Of a stretch of 64,000 nucleotides of DNA, positions 29,163-37,182 are shown one piece after another. A program made the position numbers and the translations under genes. Position 1 is the stretch's first letter; every line of letters begins with the position of its first letter. Below the pieces are notes generated by a model. That model was not told the origin of the DNA. It ran no database searches and was given only the letters and a program-made list of their open reading frames with translations. The DNA comes from Chloroflexota bacterium (GTDB taxonomy: Bacteria > Chloroflexota > Dehalococcoidia > GIF9 > AB-539-J10): positions 37,328 to 101,327 of the forward strand of contig JACAEN010000026.1 in NCBI GenBank assembly GCA_013388845.1, given 5' to 3'.

Positions 29163-30542
29163 ATGGAAGTTTCTTCGTTTCGGGGTATACGCTATAACCA
29201 AAGGATAGTCGGAGATTTAGCTCAAGTCCTTTGTCCTCCTTATGATATTATCACGCCCGAACAACAGAAACTTTACTACAAGAAGAGCGATTACAACGCC
29301 ATTCGTTTGGAATTGCCCGCTGAAAGCCAGGAGCCAGCAGTCGATCGTTATCAGGGAGCAGCTATCACCTTTCAGCGATGGCTAGAACAAGGGATTCTTC
29401 AAACCGATAGTGTATCCGGCTTCTATTTGCATGACCATTGTTTTGAGTATGCAGGCGAAAAGAGGGTAAGGCGTGGGCTGATAGCTCGTGTTAAGCTCGA
29501 GCCCTGGGGCGGTGGTATATATCCCCACGAAGAAACATTTTCTAAAGCTAAAGGCGACCGGTTGCAGTTAATGCGAGCTTGCCGAGCTAACTTCAGCCCG
29601 TTGTTTTCTCTTTACCAGGATTCTGAGCGAAAAATCGCCTCAATATTATCCCACGTAGCACAAAGAAAACCACTAATGTCATTGCGGGCCCCGATTTTGT
29701 TGGGACAAAGCAATCTCCTTGACTCTAATGAAGCCCATACTCTGTGGGCGATAACTGACCCAGAAATCAAGCGGCAGCTAAGTCAGCTTCTATCCTCTCA
29801 ACCCCTTTACATTGCTGATGGGCATCACCGCTACGAAACAGCGTTGGCTTACCAGCAAGAAAGAGCGAAAGAGCAATCTGATTTCTTTGACTCCTCTGTC
29901 ATTGCGAGTCCCGATTTTGTCGGGACGAAACAATCTCTAACCCCGATGAGATCAGGGGGAGCCTTCAATTATGTAATGATGGAATTAGTTGACTTTTCTG
30001 ACCCGGGACTTGTTGTTCTCCCCATCCACAGATTAGTGCATGGTATAGCGCCTGCTACCTTAACAGGGCTGGAAGACCGACTTAGGAAGTTTTTTGTCCT
30101 GGAGTCCGTTCCCTTAAAAACTGATAGCCCCGACGCGTTGAGGTTGCCATCCAATAGCTGTTTGGGAATCCTAGGTTTACAACCCGGCTCATTGGTCGTG
30201 TTGAAGAGGCGTCACCCCGATTCCATCGGGGTTTCCCTTGAGGCCATGATGCCCGGTAACAGGTCCCAAGCTTATCGGGAATTTGGCGTTAGCATTCTTA
30301 ATCATATTATTTTGGATGATGTCCTGAGCGGAGCGAAGGATCTGGACGTCGCTTATACCGTGGATTTGCAAGAAGCCTACCAGCAGGTAAGGGAAGGGAA
30401 ATATCAATTGGCTTTCCTATTAAATCCTCCGCAGCCGGACATAGTCAAGGCTGTTGCCGACGCTCAAGACAGGATGCCCAGCAAATCAACTTATTTTTAC
30501 CCCAAGCTCCCCGCTGGTTTAATCATTAATCCCCTGGACTGA
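29163..30542 (+). CDS. DUF1015 domain protein (with two in-frame palindromic-repeat insertions)
   Basis: 459 aa with the IADGHHRYE motif and overall DUF1015 similarity. It is about 40 aa longer than typical because of the repeat copies at 29677-29717 and 29897-29937. Confidence 0.75.
   Translation: MEVSSFRGIRYNQRIVGDLAQVLCPPYDIITPEQQKLYYKKSDYNAIRLELPAESQEPAVDRYQGAAITFQRWLEQGILQTDSVSGFYLHDHCFEYAGEKRVRRGLIARVKLEPWGGGIYPHEETFSKAKGDRLQLMRACRANFSPLFSLYQDSERKIASILSHVAQRKPLMSLRAPILLGQSNLLDSNEAHTLWAITDPEIKRQLSQLLSSQPLYIADGHHRYETALAYQQERAKEQSDFFDSSVIASPDFVGTKQSLTPMRSGGAFNYVMMELVDFSDPGLVVLPIHRLVHGIAPATLTGLEDRLRKFFVLESVPLKTDSPDALRLPSNSCLGILGLQPGSLVVLKRRHPDSIGVSLEAMMPGNRSQAYREFGVSILNHIILDDVLSGAKDLDVAYTVDLQEAYQQVREGKYQLAFLLNPPQPDIVKAVADAQDRMPSKSTYFYPKLPAGLIINPLD
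29677..29717. repeat. ~40-bp palindromic repeat unit (gtcattgcg.g.cccgatttt.t.gggac.aa.caatc), copy a, inside DUF1015 CDS
   Basis: Similar to 29897-29937 and 30610-30649, and to 37082-37109 in reverse complement. In the protein it is translated as MSLRAPILLGQSNL. Confidence 0.55.
29897..29937. repeat. ~40-bp palindromic repeat unit, copy b, inside DUF1015 CDS (different frame)
   Basis: ctgtcattgcgagtcccgattttgtcgggacgaaacaatctc, translated as SVIASPDFVGTKQS. Confidence 0.55.
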
Positions 30543-30609
30543 CCAGCAATTTCCTCTCCTTCGATGCGACAGTGTGCTTCCCTATCTTTTCCCCTTCCTC
30601 GACTCCCAG

Positions 30610-30649
30610 TGTCATTGCGAGTCCCGATTTATCGGGACGAAGCAATCCG
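30610..30649. repeat. ~40-bp palindromic repeat unit, copy c (intergenic)
   Basis: gtcattgcgagtcccgatttatcgggacgaagcaatcc, located 68 nt after the DUF1015 stop. Confidence 0.55.
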
Positions 30650-30759
30650 TTCTTCCGTGAAGGGAGGTGAGGCTAGTCCTGAGCCGAAGCCCTGAGCAAA
30701 GCGAAGGGTCAGCGAAGGATGAGGGTAAATATAAAAGAGTGAACAAGGGAGGTGCAGCA

Positions 30760-31025
30760 ATGGAAAAAGGCAGATTGATAGGCAAAATCTTTGGGATTGT
30801 ACTTATATTGGTGCTGATTGGGGCGATGCTTGGCAGGTTGCCTGTTTAACGAGCGAAGCTGGAGCCTCTCCGGGAACTATTTGTGTCCCCGATAGCTATC
30901 TAACAATCCAGGCAATGGTGAATACTGCTAATCCAGGCGATACCATAATCGTCTATCCGGGTACATACACCGAAAATGTGGATGTCAACAAGAGCTTAAC
31001 CATCAAAATCAGAGAACGGAACTGA
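30760..31025 (+). pseudogene. decayed 5' fragment of a paralog of the 31807 beta-helix gene (signal anchor + first beta-helix turns)
   Basis: The 30600-31020 region aligns at ~75% with 31690-32100, covering the leader, RBS, signal anchor MEKGRLIGKIFGIVLILVLIGAMLG and a frameshifted ...PGDTIIVYPGTYTENVDVNK. It is interrupted by a short deletion and stops. Confidence 0.45.
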
Positions 31026-31081
31026 GGCAATGATTGCTAAGGCAGTGAACAAGTGACTATAATAGTGATAAAGGAGGCGTA

Positions 31082-31294
31082 ATGAATTCGAGGATTATTT
31101 CAGATCCAAATATCTGCGGTGGGGAACCCTGTATTAGGGATACTCGCATTCCAGTGCATGTAATCCTTAGCCATCTGGCAGCCGGAGAGGATTACGACAC
31201 CATATTAAAGAATTTCCCCCGACTCAAGCGCGAAGATATCTTGGCTTGTCTCGAATATGCCGCGTATCTGTCTACTGAAAAGGTAGCTCTGTAG
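31082..31294 (+). CDS. DUF433 domain protein (putative antitoxin)
   Basis: 70 aa with the DUF433-typical C(I/V)RDTRIPV..IL motif. A tataat/AAGGAGG signal lies upstream, and its stop abuts the ATG of the next gene. Confidence 0.7.
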   Translation: MNSRIISDPNICGGEPCIRDTRIPVHVILSHLAAGEDYDTILKNFPRLKREDILACLEYAAYLSTEKVAL

Positions 31295-31645
31295 ATGAAA
31301 ATCGTGGTGGATGAGAATGTCAGCTATGGACTCGTGGAAAGATTGCGTATGAGAGGGTATGATGTTATCTCTACCTCTGAACTTCCTGAAAGGGGAATAT
31401 TGGACGAGGATATTTACACTTTGATACTACGAGAACAAGCAATTTTTGTCACCAGAGATCATCATTTTACTAATCCCATTCGCTTTCCAGCAGAGAAAAC
31501 TAAGGGGATTATTTATGTTCGGCATGGTAATCTGAAGTCGGAAGAAGAAATTATGATAGTAGAGAATTGTCTTCGTAGCCATGATTTGGAAATATTCCAG
31601 GGGAAGTTGGTTACTCTTTACAGAGATAGTATGAGAATTCGGTGA
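31295..31645 (+). CDS. DUF5615 (PIN-like) domain protein (putative toxin)
   Basis: 116 aa (MKIVVDENVS...FVTRD). This is the usual DUF433 partner, and it is translationally coupled. Confidence 0.65.
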   Translation: MKIVVDENVSYGLVERLRMRGYDVISTSELPERGILDEDIYTLILREQAIFVTRDHHFTNPIRFPAEKTKGIIYVRHGNLKSEEEIMIVENCLRSHDLEIFQGKLVTLYRDSMRIR

Positions 31646-31806
31646 GTATAGCATCCTGCATAACTTCTCTCTCCCTTTATGGGAGAGGATTAAGAGCCTG
31701 TCCTGAGCCGAAGCCCTGAGCCGAAGCTCTGAACGGAGTGAAGAGGCAGCGAAGGGTCAAGAAGGATGAGGGTAAATATAAAATAGTGAACAAGGGAGGT
31801 ACATCA

Positions 31807-32739
31807 ATGAAAAGAGGCAAATTGATCGGCAGAATCTTTGAGATTGCGGTTGTGTTTGTGATGATTGGGGCGATGCTTGGCGGGTTGCCTGCATTGGTGA
31901 GCCAAGTTGAAGCCTCTCCAGCAACGATCTATGTTCCCGACGACTATTCCACAATTCAAGCCGCCGTATATGCGGCAAGCCCTGGGGACACCATAATCGT
32001 AAGGGATGGAACTTATACAGAGAATGTATGTGTGAACAAAGGCCACTTCACTATTCGGTCACAGAACGGGGCAGAAAAAACGATTGTTCAGGCGGCTGAT
32101 CCGGATTTCTGCGTCTTTTGGGTGGAAGCGGATTATGTGACCATAAGGGGATTTACAATATCAAACGGCTGCGATGGTATCGAGTTGGCATATTCTCATA
32201 ACAATACGTTAGCCGATAACACTGTTATTGACAACGCAGAGGATGGCATTGAGCTAATAGGCTCAGAAAACAATATTTTGAGCGGAAACACAATATCGAA
32301 TAATAATGGTGACGGCATTTATTTGAGTGATAGTTCAAATAATAACACCTTGGTTAATAATATGATTGTTTCAAACTACCACTCCGGCATCCTTTTATTC
32401 AGATCATCCAACAATACGATCTGGAGTAATATTGGCAAATTAAATAACATAGGTATTAGTTTTTGGGAGTCAAGTGGCAATGCCATATACTTTAACAATT
32501 TCGGGGAAAATACTGGCGGCAATGTTGGTTATTATGACCCTTCAACTAACATTAATACTTGGAATTCTCCAGAAAAAATAACCTACACCTACGACGGCAA
32601 CATTTACACAAACTTCCTCGGCAACTACTGGAGCGACTATGCCGGAAGCGACACTGACGGGGATGGCATTGGGGATACTCCTTACCCAATAGATTCAGAT
32701 GCAGACAATTATCCGCTGGTGGAGCCTTTTGAGAATTAG
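31807..32739 (+). CDS. right-handed parallel beta-helix repeat protein with N-terminal signal anchor
   Basis: Start at the ATG at 31807, after an AGGGAGG RBS. It has a TM/signal region (IAVVFVMIGAMLGGLPALVSQVEA) and repeated NNxxxxN beta-helix turns (NosD/pectate-lyase-like). It ends in a TAG that is in frame with the next ORF. Confidence 0.65.
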   Translation: MKRGKLIGRIFEIAVVFVMIGAMLGGLPALVSQVEASPATIYVPDDYSTIQAAVYAASPGDTIIVRDGTYTENVCVNKGHFTIRSQNGAEKTIVQAADPDFCVFWVEADYVTIRGFTISNGCDGIELAYSHNNTLADNTVIDNAEDGIELIGSENNILSGNTISNNNGDGIYLSDSSNNNTLVNNMIVSNYHSGILLFRSSNNTIWSNIGKLNNIGISFWESSGNAIYFNNFGENTGGNVGYYDPSTNINTWNSPEKITYTYDGNIYTNFLGNYWSDYAGSDTDGDGIGDTPYPIDSDADNYPLVEPFEN

Positions 32740-32763
32740 GAGGTTGCGGAAATCCCGTGGCCA

Positions 32764-35700
32764 ATGTTCCAGCACGACCCTCAGCATACAGGGCAAAGCC
32801 CTTATATTGGGCCGCAGACAGATGATTTATTGTGGAGCTATGATGTCGGAGATTTTGCGGTTGGTTCACCAGTTGTCGGTTCAGATGGAACTATCTATGT
32901 ACCCGTTAAACATATCTGGGGCCCTTGTTTAGTAGCTGTTAAGCCTAACGGAAGCCTTAAGTATTCTGTAGGCCGTGGCCCCGGTGTTACCCCGGCAATA
33001 GGAACGGATGGCACAATATACATAGGACGAGCTTTTGTGTGGAAGGAAGGCATTCGAGGCTCTCTAGCTGCTCTTGATCCTGACACGGGTGCACCTAAGT
33101 GGGGGCTGCAAATAACAGGTCTCCGCACATCGCTACTAATCGCGCCGGACGACACTATTTATGTTGGAGCTGGGTATGAGGGGGAGGAAGGCGCAACATT
33201 ATATGCTATCAATCCTGATGGAACGATTAAGTGGAAATTTGTCTCGACTCCTAGAGAAGGTTGGTTTCTCTCCCCTCCAGCTCTTGGATTAGATGGCTCA
33301 ATAATTGCTTGTGCAACATTCAGTCCGATAGCAGAGGGTCCGCCTAATCCAACAATTTATGCCCTTAATGCAGAGGACGGGAGTCTAGAATGGCAGTTTG
33401 AACTTCCCTTCTGGACCTCTGTATCAATGCCAGCCGTAGGCCCCGATGGGACAATCTACGTTGGATCGAGCGGAGGAGAGGGAGGAGTACTTTACTCAGT
33501 TAGTCCGAATGGGAACCTCAACTGGGAAGTGAAACTTGGCACTGGCACCTCCTCTCCGGCAGTAGGATCAGATGGAACTGTATACATTGCAGCGGCTTCC
33601 TCTGAAGGAGGAGCTTTGTTTGCTGTTAATCCCGATGGAACTGTCAAATGGAGTTACCCGTGCTCTTATGCTTGCCACACACCTGTGATCGGCGCTGACG
33701 GAACAACATACTGGCCAACCAACTGGCCTTCAGGAAGAGGTGTCTTAATGGCTCTTGATTCTGAGGGGAGTCTGAAATTGGAATATGCTATTGATAGTCA
33801 CTGGGCATCATCGGCTTCCATTTCCGCCAATGGCACTCTTTATATAGGGTCAGCTGATGGCATGCTGTACGCTATCGGCCCGGGGCCTGCTGACACCACT
33901 CCACCTACAGTGGTTAGCGCATTTCCGGAGGGCGGCGCCACCGATGTCAGCATTGATACAGTAATAACTGCCACATTCAGCGAGGCCATGGATAGCTCTA
34001 CCATAACTACCGACAGCTTTACCCTAGCTGGCAGCGCAGTTTCAGGGACAGTAACCTATGACCCCGAAACCTATACTGCTACCTTCACCCCTGGGGCTAA
34101 CTTGGATTACGACCATGAATATACTGCCACCTTGAGCACTGATATTACTGATGAAGCTGGCAATCCACTAGCTGAACCCTATACTTGGAGCTTTACCAGT
34201 GAGTCAGCGCCTGCTGATACCACCCCGCCGAACACTGAAGTAACTAGCGGCCCTAGCGGAACGATAGACTATGACGATGTCATCTTCACCTGGACTGGCG
34301 TGGATAACGTCACTCCCACCTCCGGGCTGGTCTACTCTTATTATCTGCAAGGCTACGACAGCGACTGGTCAGCCTGGACATCTGATACGACCAAGCAATA
34401 CACCGACTTGCCCGACGGAGACTACACCTTCAAGGTAAAGGCAAAGGATCAAGCAGGGAATACGGATCCCACTCCGGCGGAAAGGTCTTTTACAGTCGAG
34501 GTCGTATGGTCTTTTGCCATCATCACCGATTTGCATATTGGCCGGGGTTACCTCGATTATGGTGGGGAAGGAATCGGGCCTGAGGATTGGCAGGTAGAGG
34601 GGCAAGATTACTACCTTACCAACAGATTGCACAGGACAGTTGATTGGATAATACAAAATCAAGATAACTACGACCTTAAATTCGTGATTGTTCTTGGAGA
34701 CATCAGTGATAGCGGTGAATATTCAGAATTGAAAAAAGCAAAAGATATTCTGGATGAGCTAAATGATGCAGGCATTCCCTATGTGCCTATGATAGGCAAT
34801 CACGATGTTTTGCCCTATACTGAAGACGAGGAATTTGAACATGTAAGATACTTCGAATTTGTTTTTGAAGAACAATTCGAAAGCCTTATGGAGGATCCTT
34901 CTTTCAATTTAATAAAGCAACCGGCCCCTGAGCCTTATGATTTGCAGAACTATGCTTTTGGTTATGGAGGAATAGGATTCGTTATTTTGGATTGTGTGGC
35001 AAGAGAACCAGTGCCTGGCGCTGCGAAAGGGGTAGGTTCTGATGCTGTACTTCGGGATAGCACATTGCTTTGGCTCACTGAAAACTTAAAGGAAGGCCAG
35101 CCGACAGTTATACTATCACATCATCCGCTTGTAACCCCTGAAGGGGGTTTCGATCCTTGGGAGATAGTTACGATTGATGAGGCTATTAAGATTAGCGGAG
35201 CCGATGTTCTAGCCGACTTCGCTGGACACGTTCATGGCTTTTACGATCCGTCCACATTGTGGCGACCAGGGCTCCCCTATCCTATTGGAAATCCATCGTT
35301 CATGGATGCTAACACAATATATGCTGGCCTAGGAGTTCCAGAAGGTGTGCCCGCAATAACTACGGAAGCTCTCATGGTTGCATCAAATGACCCAATATCA
35401 AAAGGCGTCGTGAGAATCATAGAAGCAGAAGGTAGCCAAATCACAATTCCTCTTGAGGTTCAGGGAGAGCTCCCTGCATTGAATCCCTATTTCAAACAAG
35501 TAGATGTTGAATTGCAGCCCGCATTAGGATGGCCACCATTTAAGTGGGTTATTGAGGTTGAAGCTTACGCTTTTACGAAGTTGTTTAGCGAGGAACATCC
35601 CGTTACCTATACTTTGTACATAGACGGTGAGGAGGTGGGTAGCGTCCAGAGCGTGAGCTGGCTTAACGCAGTTGAGTTCGAGCACGAATATCGGGGTGAT

Positions 35701-36462
35701 AAGTTCTACAATTTCAATTTAACTGTCGAAGGTTATGTACCTGGGAGCGAGAGCATAAGCCAGACAAGATATCTGTGTCGCCCTGATTTACTGTTCGCAG
35801 CTTTCAGCCCAGTTGATATTACCGTCATAGATCCCGACGGCCTCACGATTGGCAAGCAACTGAATCAGATTCCAGGAGCAACCTATATTGAAGAGGATTT
35901 CAACGGAGATGGTAATCCCGACGACGTCATCACTATCCCTGATCGTAAGATAGGAGATTACATCGTAACAGTATTATCAGACCCCGGCGCTAGTCCCACA
36001 GATACTTATAGCCTAGGAGTTTTGGCAGAAGACGGTACAATCCTACCTTTGGCTGAAAATGTTGCGATTAGTAATATCCCAAGCTTGCCATATATAGTCA
36101 GATCAACAGAAACTGAAATCATACAAATCATACTAGCCCGCATAGACTTCGACCCAGACACCTTAAACCTGAAGACCAAGGACAAGTATGTCACCGTCTA
36201 TATCGAGCTTCCGCCGGGCTACGATGTCGCCAAGATCGACGTTTCCAGCATCAGGCTGAACGGCACCGTTCCAGCCTTGACCAAGCCAACCAACGTTGGT
36301 GACTACGACAGTGATGGCATTCCCGACCTGATGGTCAAGTTTGATAGAGCTGCAGTGAAGGATCTACTCACGCCCGGTAGCCAAGTAGAGATAACAGTAA
36401 CGGGAGAGGTCGCTGGAATTGGCTTTGAGGGCAGCGATACTATCAGGGTAATAAGTAAGTAA
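32764..36462 (+). CDS. large multidomain protein: PQQ-like beta-propeller + SbsA-type Ig (Big_5) + Y_Y_Y-like domain + calcineurin-like metallophosphoesterase + C-terminal beta-rich/Ca-binding region
   Basis: 1232 aa with more than 8 DGTIY blades. The Big_5 domain reads TTPPTVVSAFPEGGATDVSIDTVITATFSEAMD. The Y_Y_Y-like domain reads YSYYLQGYDSDWSAW...DGDYTFKVKAKD. The MPP motifs are DLHIG, GDISDSG, GNHD, SHHP and GHVHG. The C-terminus has a DYDSDGIPD loop. There is no signal peptide, and the first residues (W)PMFQHDPQHTG form the canonical start of propeller blade 1. Confidence 0.7.
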   Translation: MFQHDPQHTGQSPYIGPQTDDLLWSYDVGDFAVGSPVVGSDGTIYVPVKHIWGPCLVAVKPNGSLKYSVGRGPGVTPAIGTDGTIYIGRAFVWKEGIRGSLAALDPDTGAPKWGLQITGLRTSLLIAPDDTIYVGAGYEGEEGATLYAINPDGTIKWKFVSTPREGWFLSPPALGLDGSIIACATFSPIAEGPPNPTIYALNAEDGSLEWQFELPFWTSVSMPAVGPDGTIYVGSSGGEGGVLYSVSPNGNLNWEVKLGTGTSSPAVGSDGTVYIAAASSEGGALFAVNPDGTVKWSYPCSYACHTPVIGADGTTYWPTNWPSGRGVLMALDSEGSLKLEYAIDSHWASSASISANGTLYIGSADGMLYAIGPGPADTTPPTVVSAFPEGGATDVSIDTVITATFSEAMDSSTITTDSFTLAGSAVSGTVTYDPETYTATFTPGANLDYDHEYTATLSTDITDEAGNPLAEPYTWSFTSESAPADTTPPNTEVTSGPSGTIDYDDVIFTWTGVDNVTPTSGLVYSYYLQGYDSDWSAWTSDTTKQYTDLPDGDYTFKVKAKDQAGNTDPTPAERSFTVEVVWSFAIITDLHIGRGYLDYGGEGIGPEDWQVEGQDYYLTNRLHRTVDWIIQNQDNYDLKFVIVLGDISDSGEYSELKKAKDILDELNDAGIPYVPMIGNHDVLPYTEDEEFEHVRYFEFVFEEQFESLMEDPSFNLIKQPAPEPYDLQNYAFGYGGIGFVILDCVAREPVPGAAKGVGSDAVLRDSTLLWLTENLKEGQPTVILSHHPLVTPEGGFDPWEIVTIDEAIKISGADVLADFAGHVHGFYDPSTLWRPGLPYPIGNPSFMDANTIYAGLGVPEGVPAITTEALMVASNDPISKGVVRIIEAEGSQITIPLEVQGELPALNPYFKQVDVELQPALGWPPFKWVIEVEAYAFTKLFSEEHPVTYTLYIDGEEVGSVQSVSWLNAVEFEHEYRGDKFYNFNLTVEGYVPGSESISQTRYLCRPDLLFAAFSPVDITVIDPDGLTIGKQLNQIPGATYIEEDFNGDGNPDDVITIPDRKIGDYIVTVLSDPGASPTDTYSLGVLAEDGTILPLAENVAISNIPSLPYIVRSTETEIIQIILARIDFDPDTLNLKTKDKYVTVYIELPPGYDVAKIDVSSIRLNGTVPALTKPTNVGDYDSDGIPDLMVKFDRAAVKDLLTPGSQVEITVTGEVAGIGFEGSDTIRVISK

Positions 36463-36613
36463 TACGGCAAGATTTTTGCCCTGGTTGTGCTGCTTTTGGT
36501 TGGGGTGGCTCGCTGGGATAGGGGAAAAGAGGTTCCGCGTGGCTCAAGGATAGGCCTTTAAGCCAAAGAGTAAGGGGGGGCGGCTTTTTCAAATGTGCCG
36601 TCCCCTTTTTCAC

Positions 36614-36641
36614 TTGACATCCCATTGCGGAACGCTATAAA
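36614..36641 (+). promoter_or_regulatory. promoter TTGACA-16-TATAAA upstream of hicB
   Basis: ttgaca 36614-19 and tataaa 36636-41, with an AAGGAG RBS at ~36673. Confidence 0.5.
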
Positions 36642-36686
36642 TTATACAGGAGTCCGACATGTCTGAAACCTAAAGGAGTCAGCTTT

Positions 36687-36917
36687 ATGAAAAAGATCGT
36701 CCAGGTCAAAATCTATAAAGGGGAGAAATTTTACGTTGCTGAGTGTGTTGACTTGCCTGTGGTTACTCAAGGCAAGACCCTAGACGAAGTTGTGGAGAAT
36801 ATGAGGGAAGCTATTGACCTCCATCTTGAGGGGGAGAGTCTAGAGGAGTGGGATATTTCCCCCGATTTTTCCATTTTGGCCAATTTTGAGCTTGAGCCAG
36901 TTCATGCCAAAACTTAG
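36687..36917 (+). CDS. hicB: HicB-family antitoxin (UPF0150)
   Basis: 76 aa, MKKIVQVKIYKGEKFYVAECVDLPVVTQGKTLDEVVENMREAIDLHLEG, which is HicB_lk-like. Confidence 0.7.
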   Translation: MKKIVQVKIYKGEKFYVAECVDLPVVTQGKTLDEVVENMREAIDLHLEGESLEEWDISPDFSILANFELEPVHAKT

Positions 36918-37050
36918 AAGCCTAAGCGGAGAGGATGTTGTGAGATTCATAAAGAACTGGATAAAGGCACCTTAAGAGCCATCTTCAGGCAAGCTTTAAG
37001 ATATTTCCCGGAAAAGCAGCTTAAGCCGTATTTCTATAGATAGAAGTATT
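36904..37050 (+). pseudogene. decayed hicA toxin remnant
   Basis: MPKLRSLSGEDVVRFIKNWIKAP* resembles a HicA N-terminus (MPKL..SGKE..). A +1 frame continues KSHLQASFKIFPGK, resembling the HicA KGSH..F.HP.G motif, and then reaches stops. Confidence 0.4.
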
Positions 37051-37081
37051 ATGTCTGGGTTAGTACAGTTGTGCTGAGGTT

Positions 37082-37109
37082 GAGATTGCTTCGCTTCGCT
37101 CGCAATGAC
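37082..37109. repeat. short palindromic repeat unit, copy d (reverse orientation, shorter core)
   Basis: The reverse complement reads gtcattgcgagcgaagcgaagcaatctc, with the same termini as the DUF1015-associated copies. Confidence 0.45.
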
Positions 37110-37182
37110 GTGCTCTCGCTTCAAGCCAGAGGGATACTACATGAAATTATGCGGGAGGCTCTAAATCCCCTCTTAAGACGAC

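Noticed and set aside
30667-30849. 60-aa ORF with a TM helix (MRLVLSRSPEQ...MEKGRLIGKIFGIVLILVLIGAMLG)
   Set aside because: It is the decayed 5' end of a paralog of the 31807 gene, at ~75% nucleotide identity and with a frameshifting deletion. It is treated as a pseudogene fragment.
32737-32739. In-frame TAG as a pyrrolysine codon, and the TGA at 23348 as selenocysteine
   Set aside because: No pylTSBCD or sel genes are in the window, and the ABC paralog has Trp at the TGA position, so a simple TGG->TGA is the better reading. There is no SECIS-like hairpin. These are treated as nonsense interruptions or possible sequencing errors.
36463-36600. Possible terminator after the 1232-aa gene (ggcaa-gattttt-gcc; gggggggcggcttttt)
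   Set aside because: The stems are too short or imperfect to call confidently.
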